Shown in pieces: positions 25,285 to 32,252 of a stretch of DNA of 32,252 bases. The position numbers were made by a program, and so were the translations under genes. Under the pieces are notes generated by a model. That model was not told the origin of the DNA. It ran no database searches and saw only the letters and a list, made by a program, of their open reading frames with translations. How positions within the stretch are numbered: position 1 is the stretch's first letter; each line of letters starts with the position of its first letter. Source of the DNA: a virus (taxonomy: Duplodnaviria; Caudoviricetes); the IMG/VR virus record IMGVR_UViG_3300032216_000046, positions 1-32,252 of that record. One strand, written 5' to 3'.

Positions 25285-25470
25285 ATGCCATTAGATAAAT
25301 CAGGTTCAGCCGCTTCAGTTGGTAAAAATATTAAGGCAGAAGAAAAAGCTGGTAAACCTAAAAAACAAGCAATTGCTATTGCTCTTAATGTTGAGCGTGA
25401 CAACGCTAAAGGTGAACGCAAAGCTAAATTAGAAGATGCTTACGCAAAGTATGTAGAAGAAAAAGCATGA
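25285..25470 (+). CDS. Small basic protein
   Basis: MPL.KS.S...NI..E...GKPKKQAIAIAL motif common near terminase genes. Confidence 0.75.
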   Translation: MPLDKSGSAASVGKNIKAEEKAGKPKKQAIAIALNVERDNAKGERKAKLEDAYAKYVEEKA

Positions 25471-25649
25471 AAAACGGACTTTATGCCAATATCCACCGTA
25501 AACAGGAACGGATCAAGCATGGTTCGGGCGAGAAGATGAACAAAGTTGGTAGCAAAAATGCCCCAACCGCCCAAGACTTTAAAGAATCCGCTAAGACTGC
25601 TAAAAAGACTAGGCGTGATCACATTTCAGACGCTATGAAGGATATGTAA
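25467..25649 (+). CDS. Small basic protein
   Basis: GLYANIH.K..RI..GSGEKM...G...APT...F..SAKT motif. Confidence 0.75.
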   Translation: MKNGLYANIHRKQERIKHGSGEKMNKVGSKNAPTAQDFKESAKTAKKTRRDHISDAMKDM

Positions 25650-25798
25650 TGAAACACATGAGCCGCAAATACAAACCTGAAGATGCAATGCTTAGACCGC
25701 ATCAACAATCTACATTAGAAAAGCAACAAGCTGACCGCATTGCTCGTAGAAAGCTAATTGCTAACAAACTCAAAGACTTGGATAAAGAAGTTAAGTAA
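25649..25798 (+). CDS. 49-aa basic protein (not in ORF track)
   Basis: TAATG overlaps at both ends; MKHMSRKYKPEDAML...ARRKLIANKLKDLDKEVK. Confidence 0.7.
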   Translation: MKHMSRKYKPEDAMLRPHQQSTLEKQQADRIARRKLIANKLKDLDKEVK

Positions 25799-26883
25799 TG
25801 GCTTGGACTGACAAGCTGGCTGATTTTCTGCGTTTAAATGACGGGGGACAGGCTTATACAGGTTATCCACAAATGCAGGTTGGTTTGAATAAACCACGCC
25901 AAGCAGGTTACGCCACAGGCTTTCTTGAGGGGGCTACGGGTGCTGATTCGATGCAACAAAAAAACCCTATTACAGATTCCAATTATGATGCTTATGCACA
26001 AGGTAAAAATACTGGCGAATTAGCTGGTATTGGTGTTATGGCTGTACCTGCTTATGCTATGGCATTACGGGCTGGAGCACCTAAAGCCGCACAAATGATA
26101 GAAAACCACCTTACAAAAATAGGCGGTATTTCTCACATTGTTCCCCCAAACGTAGCAAATGAAATGGGAATGGCTACAACATTGCCAAAAGATGACATAT
26201 TTACACAAGCCGTTGCTAATACACCATCTGCCCGTATGTCTGAAGAAGGTTTGCATTTAAAGCTTATGCGTAAACAAAAGCCTGAACAAGCCATGACTGA
26301 ATCTGTAAGATCGGGCGTGTTTTATTTGCCTGAAGGTTCTGCAAATATTAAACATTATGGTGGATCAACCAGTTATGGTGGCACAGACAAAATTACTGGC
26401 GAAACGCTATACAAAAATCCATTGTTTGTTAAAGGGGCAACTGGCGGTAAAGCACCTGAAGCGGCTTATGCTCAATTAACAGATAAAGACCAATTAAAGT
26501 TATTGCAAGCAGATGTAATGAAAGCCATTAGTGGCCCACAAGACATCAAATATGATTTGGTAGAACAATTTTTAAATAAACACGCACCTGATTTAAGCGA
26601 TTATGCTAGTTATATCTACGATAACAGTCGCAAAGGCAATCAACTACGCTATGCTTTACAAGAAGCCGCAGTAGCTCAAAAGGTTAGAGATGCTGGGCAT
26701 GATGCTGTCATAGGACACAGCAAAGGCAAGCAAGGCCCATTTATATCTGAAGTTTTTGATGTACGGGAATCACATTATCCTAATCAATATGGTGATTTTC
26801 AATTAAATCCCAAATTTGAGGAAATGTATCAAAATGCGCCACGCAAAGAATTGATACAACAACAAATAGACAAATTAGAGTAG
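25798..26883 (+). CDS. Putative virion-delivered effector with ADP-ribosyltransferase-like C-terminal domain
   Basis: G/A-rich N-terminus; R...GVFY...YG...LYKNPL...AGHDAVI...EVF pattern resembling ART domains of polyvalent proteins. Confidence 0.5.
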   Translation: MAWTDKLADFLRLNDGGQAYTGYPQMQVGLNKPRQAGYATGFLEGATGADSMQQKNPITDSNYDAYAQGKNTGELAGIGVMAVPAYAMALRAGAPKAAQMIENHLTKIGGISHIVPPNVANEMGMATTLPKDDIFTQAVANTPSARMSEEGLHLKLMRKQKPEQAMTESVRSGVFYLPEGSANIKHYGGSTSYGGTDKITGETLYKNPLFVKGATGGKAPEAAYAQLTDKDQLKLLQADVMKAISGPQDIKYDLVEQFLNKHAPDLSDYASYIYDNSRKGNQLRYALQEAAVAQKVRDAGHDAVIGHSKGKQGPFISEVFDVRESHYPNQYGDFQLNPKFEEMYQNAPRKELIQQQIDKLE

Positions 26884-26918
26884 AATTAACCTATCTTAAT
26901 CAACTACTTGAAGCAGAT

Positions 26919-27209
26919 ATGGACAATAAACAACAAACAAATAATCCTAAAGGTAGACCTAAAGGTAGCCCTAATAAGTCTACAGCACTCGCTAGAGAAG
27001 CGATTGCCAAGTTCGTGGATGGTAACGCAGACAAACTTCAACAATGGCTTGACGAGATCGCTATGAACGAAAAGCTAGGGCCAAAGGTGGCGTTTGATTG
27101 CTTTATGCAAGTAGCTGAATACCATGTGCCTAAATTAGCTAGAACAGAGCATACAAGCCCTGAAGAACAGCCAATTAAAGTAATTCACGAACACAAATTC
27201 CTTGATTGA
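26919..27209 (+). CDS. terS: Terminase small subunit
   Basis: NPKGRPKGSPNK motif; directly upstream of TerL. Confidence 0.75.
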   Translation: MDNKQQTNNPKGRPKGSPNKSTALAREAIAKFVDGNADKLQQWLDEIAMNEKLGPKVAFDCFMQVAEYHVPKLARTEHTSPEEQPIKVIHEHKFLD

Positions 27210-28551
27210 AGTAGTCAAAAAATATGAGTACCCTTACAAGGCTAGGGATGCTTTCTTAGACTTTCACAAGCGTGACCAACGCTGGGCTGTGCTGGTTTGT
27301 CACCGAAGGGCAGGTAAAACGGTAGCTACAATTGCAGATACTATTCGCAGGGCTATTATGGAAAAAAAAGAAAACGCCCGATATGCTTATATTGCCCCAT
27401 ACTATGCACAAGCTAAAAACATTGCATGGGATTATTTGCTTAAGTTTGCAGAGCCAGCTATTGTTAAAGCCAATCAATCAGAATTATGGGTAGAACTGGT
27501 AAATGGGGCGAAGATTAGGTTATTTGGTGCTGACAACCCTGATGCTTTACGGGGTCTTTACTTAGATGGAGTGGTTTTAGACGAATATGCGGATATGAAA
27601 CCCCGACTTTGGGGTGAAATTGTTAGGCCACTATTGACGGATAGACAAGGTTGGGCTACATTTATTGGTACGCCAAAGGGACATAACAGCTTTTATGACA
27701 TTTACAACGAAGCCCAAAAGAACCCCAATTGGTATGTAAAGACGCTTAGGGCTGACCAATCAGGATTATTGCCTGATGCCGAATTACAAGATGCCCAGCA
27801 GTCTATGTCTGCTAACCAATACGAACAAGAGTTTCTTTGTTCATTTGAAGCTGCCATTCTTGGGGCGTATTACGGTCAAGAAATGCGTAGGCTTACTGAC
27901 CTTGAACGCATTACTACGGTGGACTATGACCCTATGTTTCCCTGCCATACCGCTTGGGATTTGGGTTTTAATGACAGCACGGCTATATGGTGGTTTCAAG
28001 TTGTTTACGGTGAAATACGGGTACTAGATCACCACTCATCTAACGGTCAAGCTATCCCTTATTACACGGGTTTATTGGCACAAAAAGAAGATGAATTTGG
28101 ATACAAATATGGCTATCATTACCTGCCGCATGACGCTAGAGCAAAAACACTAGCGAGTGGCGGTAAGAGCATAATCGAACAAATTTCTGCAAAAATTGAC
28201 ATAAAACATCTAAAAATCGTTCCAAATCTGTCAATTCAAGACGGAATACAGGCAACACGACTTGCATTAACTCGTGCTTGGTTCGATAATAGATGCGAAG
28301 AAGGAATTGAATGTTTGCGTCAATATCAAAGAGAATGGAATGATGATAAAAAATGTTTTAATGATCGCCCTAAACACGATTTCACAAGCCATTCAGCAGA
28401 TGCGTTCCGTTACCTCAGCATTGTTTGGAAAGATGAGGACACACCTATCCTCAAAGATACAAGGATTAAAGGACTTCATGTCGGTCAAACGGATGTAACT
28501 TTGAACGAAATGTGGAAAGAAACCCCCAAAATAGTTAATCGCAGGATATAG
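27202..28551 (+). CDS. terL: Terminase large subunit
   Basis: HRRAGKT Walker A, VVLDE Walker B, IGTPKG, WDLG and HSADAFRY nuclease motifs. Confidence 0.95.
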   Translation: MIEVVKKYEYPYKARDAFLDFHKRDQRWAVLVCHRRAGKTVATIADTIRRAIMEKKENARYAYIAPYYAQAKNIAWDYLLKFAEPAIVKANQSELWVELVNGAKIRLFGADNPDALRGLYLDGVVLDEYADMKPRLWGEIVRPLLTDRQGWATFIGTPKGHNSFYDIYNEAQKNPNWYVKTLRADQSGLLPDAELQDAQQSMSANQYEQEFLCSFEAAILGAYYGQEMRRLTDLERITTVDYDPMFPCHTAWDLGFNDSTAIWWFQVVYGEIRVLDHHSSNGQAIPYYTGLLAQKEDEFGYKYGYHYLPHDARAKTLASGGKSIIEQISAKIDIKHLKIVPNLSIQDGIQATRLALTRAWFDNRCEEGIECLRQYQREWNDDKKCFNDRPKHDFTSHSADAFRYLSIVWKDEDTPILKDTRIKGLHVGQTDVTLNEMWKETPKIVNRRI

Positions 28552-28553
28552 AC

Positions 28554-30842
28554 ATGGATCATACATACGAAGATTGGTACAACTGCATCGTTCAGTACGA
28601 GCGTACATTTAAAGAATGGGAAGGTCGAGCCGATAAAATCGTAAAGCGTTACCGTGATGATTCACGCAGTAGAAATAACCCTAATGCCAAGTTTAATATT
28701 CTTTGGTCTAATGTTCAGACCATCACCCCAGCGGTATTTGCTAGACTTCCTCGCCCTGATGTAAGCCGTAGATTCCGTGATAACGACCCTATTGGGCGTG
28801 TAGCTTCTATGATGCTAGAACGGGCATTAGAGTACGAAATTGAGCATTATGGTGATTATGCCAGCGCAATGAAGCAGTCTGTTCAAGACCGTTTATTGGG
28901 TGGTCGTGGTACAGCTTGGGTTCGTTATGAGCCACATATTGTTGGTGAAGAAGGTGGTGAAGGTGAAGGCGCACCTGATGATGGCTTTCAGATTACTGAA
29001 GATATTGACGAAGCGGAAACCGAAGGCGGCATTTATAAAGAGAACCAAGAACGCATTGAGTACGAGTGCGCTCCAGTAGATTATGTCCATTGGCGTGACT
29101 TCGGTTTGACCGTTGCCCGTACTTGGGAAGAAGTTACCGCAGTATGGCGTAAGGTTTACATGGGCCGCCCAGCATTGGTTGAACGCTTTGGCGAAGAACT
29201 AGGTGGCAAGATTCCATTAGATACTAAGCCTGAAACATCCAAATCATTTAATGAAAAGATGGGTGAAGGGGCTAAAGAAGCTTGTATTTATGAGATTTGG
29301 GACAAGACCACAGGTGAAGTCATTTGGTTATCCAAATCAATGGGCAAAATCCTTGACACTCGTGCCGACCCATTACAGCTTGAAAACTTTTGGCCTTGCC
29401 CAAAACCAATGTTTTCTACCCTTACAACAGACAGCCTGATCCCTGTTCCTGACTTTGTTCTTTACCAAGATCAAGCTAGACAGCTAGACACGCTGGCAGA
29501 CCGCATTGATGGATTTATCCAAGCACTTAAAGTTCGGGGCGTATATGACGCTTCTGAGCCATCCCTTGCCCGTCTATTCTCTGAAGGCGAGAACAATGCT
29601 TTGTTGCCAGTTAAGAATTACGGTGCATTTAGCGAAAAGGGTGGATTGCAAGGGGCTATTAACCTTGTAGACATTAAGCCAATTGCTGAAGGCTTAAACA
29701 TGGCTTATCAAGCTATGGAACAAGTTAAGGGTCAAATCTACGAAATTATGGGTATCGCTGATATTCAGCGTGGACAAACTGACCCTAATGAAACTCTTGG
29801 CGCACAGATTATCAAGTCAAACAACGCTTCAGGGCGTTTAAAGACTATGCAGCACGATGTAGTGAACTTTGCTACAGCCTTATTGCAGATAAAAGCACAG
29901 ATTATTTGCCAGCATTTTACCGATGACACTATCGTTAAGATTAGCGGTGCAATGCAATTATCCCCACAAGATCAAGCATTTATACCGCAAGCATTGCAAC
30001 TTTTGAAAGACGAACCTGCTAAAAACTTCCGTATTGAAGTGACTACAGATTCCATGATTTACCAAGACGAACAGCAAGAAAAAGCTGACCGTATGGAATT
30101 TTTAAGTGCAGTAAGCGGATTCTTAAGTCAGGCTTTACCTGCCGCACAATCTACGCCTGAATTAACTCCAATGCTAGTAGAAATGCTTAAATTTGGCGTA
30201 ACAGCGTTTAAAGCTGGCAAAGGTCTTGAAGGTCTTATTGATGAAACTGCTGATAAGTTCCGCCAGCAAGCTAAAGCAATGGAAGGTCAGCCTAAACCAC
30301 CTACACCTGAAATGCAGAAGTTACAGATGCAAGCGCAAATGGAGCAAGCTAAGATGCAAGCCCAAGCACAGGCTAAACAAGCTGAAATGCAAATGAGTAT
30401 GCAGCTTGAACAGCAAAAGATGCAGATGCAGATGGAACTTGAAAAGGCTAAACAAGAGTACCAAGCCCAAGAAAATCAGCTTAAATTCCAGCTTGAAGAA
30501 CAGCGTAATATGATGGATCGTGAGATGGAGATGAAGGTTGCTCAGATGAAGATGAATACTGAACGCAATACCCAAGTCCTGCTTGCCCATATCAATAATG
30601 GCGCAAAGATTGAAGTGGCTAGGATTGGTGCTGATGAATCTAGTGGTGAACAAGCTTATTTCACAGAAGAAGATATGGCAAGATCAATGGAACACCCATT
30701 ACAACCTATTGCAACCGCAATCGACCAAAGTAATCAAACAATTACGAATACTTTAGCCGCTTTACTTGATAAAATTAACCAACCCAAACAAGTCATTCGT
30801 GACGAAAATGGAAAAATCATAGGAGTAACAAATGGCCAGTAA
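28554..30842 (+). CDS. Portal protein with long C-terminal coiled-coil barrel
   Basis: 762 aa directly after TerL; IYEIWDK, ETLGAQ.IK segments; Q/M-rich coiled coil. Confidence 0.85.
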   Translation: MDHTYEDWYNCIVQYERTFKEWEGRADKIVKRYRDDSRSRNNPNAKFNILWSNVQTITPAVFARLPRPDVSRRFRDNDPIGRVASMMLERALEYEIEHYGDYASAMKQSVQDRLLGGRGTAWVRYEPHIVGEEGGEGEGAPDDGFQITEDIDEAETEGGIYKENQERIEYECAPVDYVHWRDFGLTVARTWEEVTAVWRKVYMGRPALVERFGEELGGKIPLDTKPETSKSFNEKMGEGAKEACIYEIWDKTTGEVIWLSKSMGKILDTRADPLQLENFWPCPKPMFSTLTTDSLIPVPDFVLYQDQARQLDTLADRIDGFIQALKVRGVYDASEPSLARLFSEGENNALLPVKNYGAFSEKGGLQGAINLVDIKPIAEGLNMAYQAMEQVKGQIYEIMGIADIQRGQTDPNETLGAQIIKSNNASGRLKTMQHDVVNFATALLQIKAQIICQHFTDDTIVKISGAMQLSPQDQAFIPQALQLLKDEPAKNFRIEVTTDSMIYQDEQQEKADRMEFLSAVSGFLSQALPAAQSTPELTPMLVEMLKFGVTAFKAGKGLEGLIDETADKFRQQAKAMEGQPKPPTPEMQKLQMQAQMEQAKMQAQAQAKQAEMQMSMQLEQQKMQMQMELEKAKQEYQAQENQLKFQLEEQRNMMDREMEMKVAQMKMNTERNTQVLLAHINNGAKIEVARIGADESSGEQAYFTEEDMARSMEHPLQPIATAIDQSNQTITNTLAALLDKINQPKQVIRDENGKIIGVTNGQ

Positions 30843-31236
30843 CTTAAAATATTCAAACGGAACTCGTGATGCACAGCAAAATGGCTTAATTAGCTATGCT
30901 AGTACAGGTTCAATTATCCGTATTTATTCAGGCTCACAACCTGCTAATGCTAATACAGCAATCACCAGTCAGACACTATTAGTGCCTTTGGTCATTAGCG
31001 GTAGCTTTGGTACAGACAGCAACGGTACTATTACCTTGTCTACTGTAACTAACGGTACTGCTGTGGCAACTGGTACAGCTAGTTTCTTTAGAATCGTTAA
31101 ATCTGACGGCACAACCGTTGTGATGGATGGTTCTGTTGGTACAAGTGCTTCAGATATGAACCTGAACAACACCAGCATTGCAAGTGGTCAAACTGTAAGT
31201 ATTTCCGCAGGTACTATTATCCGAGCCAACCAATAA
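30832..31236 (+). CDS. Small virion structural protein
   Basis: IYSGSQPA...GTASFFRI...DGSVG motif; AGGAG RBS. Confidence 0.65.
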   Translation: MASNLKYSNGTRDAQQNGLISYASTGSIIRIYSGSQPANANTAITSQTLLVPLVISGSFGTDSNGTITLSTVTNGTAVATGTASFFRIVKSDGTTVVMDGSVGTSASDMNLNNTSIASGQTVSISAGTIIRANQ

Positions 31237-31245
31237 GGTTAAACC

Positions 31246-32252
31246 ATGGCAATAACTGTCAAACATATCAAGGTCAGCACCGTTGCTGATGGCCCTGATA
31301 CAGACCTTGTACGCCCTTCTGACTGGAACAATGACCACAATATAACTGGTCTAGGAACAATGGCAGAGCAAAATGCTAGTAGTGTCGCTATTACAGGTGG
31401 CACAATTAGCGGTCTTTCTGCGCCTTTGCCTGTTCCGTCAGGCGGTACAGGAGCAAGCACCCTTACTGGCTATGTAGTCGGTACTGGCACAAGTGCTTTA
31501 ACAGCAAACAGCACCATTCCAAATACAGATGTTACTGGACTAGGTACTGCTTCTACTAAAGACGCTGGTGTTGCCAATGGTGTTGCTACTCTTGATTCAG
31601 GCGGCAAAGTCCCAGTTTCACAGATTCCTGCATTAGGCGATTTAAACTATCAAGGCACATGGAACGCAAGCACCAATACGCCTACTCTCACCAGTTCTGT
31701 GGGTGTCAAAGGTTATTACTATGTTGTTAGCGTTGCTGGCTCTACCAATCTTAACGGCATTACTGATTGGCAAATTGGGGATTGGGCGGTTTATAACGGT
31801 TCAGTTTGGCAAAAAATAGATAATACTGATGCGGTAACTAGCGTAAACGGCTATACAGGCACAGTAAACCTTACTTATACCGATGTAGGTGCTTTTCCTG
31901 CTACTTCTACAACTGGTTCAGGCAATGTTGTATTAGCAACAGGCGCAACACAAGCCCATCCAACTATAAGCGATTATGAAACATTTACCCCTTCATCCGC
32001 CCCAAGTTATGCTGAAGGTGAATTATGGTATGACAACACACAAAAAGCTTTAACTTACTATAACGATGTAACCAACAACCAAGTTCATATTGGGCAAGAA
32101 GTCCAATTAAAGGTTATTAACAATACAGGCTCTAGTATTGCTAATGGAACACCTGTTTATGTTACAGGAACATCTAGCGGTCAAACCTACCCAAATATTG
32201 CTCTTGCTCAAGCAAACGCAGCAAGCACTTCTGCCGTACTAGGTTTAACCAA
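31246..32252 (+). CDS. Partial (3' truncated) fibre-like virion protein (not in ORF track)
   Basis: TAAGG RBS; MAITVKH...VRPSDWN..H, GLGTMAEQNA, LPVPSGGTG, GVATLDSGGKVP, YQGTWNA, VTSVNG motifs; reads open to window end. Confidence 0.8.
   Translation, partial: MAITVKHIKVSTVADGPDTDLVRPSDWNNDHNITGLGTMAEQNASSVAITGGTISGLSAPLPVPSGGTGASTLTGYVVGTGTSALTANSTIPNTDVTGLGTASTKDAGVANGVATLDSGGKVPVSQIPALGDLNYQGTWNASTNTPTLTSSVGVKGYYYVVSVAGSTNLNGITDWQIGDWAVYNGSVWQKIDNTDAVTSVNGYTGTVNLTYTDVGAFPATSTTGSGNVVLATGATQAHPTISDYETFTPSSAPSYAEGELWYDNTQKALTYYNDVTNNQVHIGQEVQLKVINNTGSSIANGTPVYVTGTSSGQTYPNIALAQANAASTSAVLGLT

Noticed and set aside
30260-30570. CAG/ATG-rich quasi-repeats as a repeat array
   Set aside because: Low-complexity coding of the Q/M-rich portal coiled coil; the antisense ORF 30321..30653 is its shadow
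1-32252. CRISPR or guide-RNA arrays, tRNAs, integrase, IS elements
   Set aside because: No regularly spaced repeats, cloverleafs, recombinase or transposase motifs seen by eye; the unseen remainder of the genome cannot be assessed

Overview
Most of the genome of a small, AT-rich tailed dsDNA phage with a podovirus-like virion module, shown in circularly permuted order; both ends cut through genes. Gene order: head genes (scaffold, major capsid), head-tail adaptor and nozzle, GNAT, ejection proteins, tail fibres, lysis cassette (holin-like genes, nested Rz/Rz1, GH19 endolysin), a leftward early operon (SSB-like protein, exonuclease, PD-(D/E)xK nuclease, lipoprotein), a Cro-only control region with structured non-coding DNA, middle genes (short replication initiator, C5 DNA methyltransferase, Ref-like nuclease), an inverted phosphoesterase/SprT pair, small late genes, terminase, portal and a second fibre gene. 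I saw no integrase, CI, DNA polymerase or helicase. Main observations: (1) the major capsid gene is split by an ORF-less 245-nt group I intron (2209-2453) that the ORF track misses; (2) the methyltransferase is encoded in two almost fully overlapping frames, like the M.EcoHK31I alpha/beta pair; (3) the scaffold and at least five unrelated proteins, including an ADP-ribosyltransferase-like protein, share a near-terminal R[RK]xx[IL]xxx-hydrophobic helix that may be a capsid-loading tag; (4) there are several candidate structured RNAs (C4-like and pseudoknotted). All family calls come from motif recognition by eye; no searches or folding were run.
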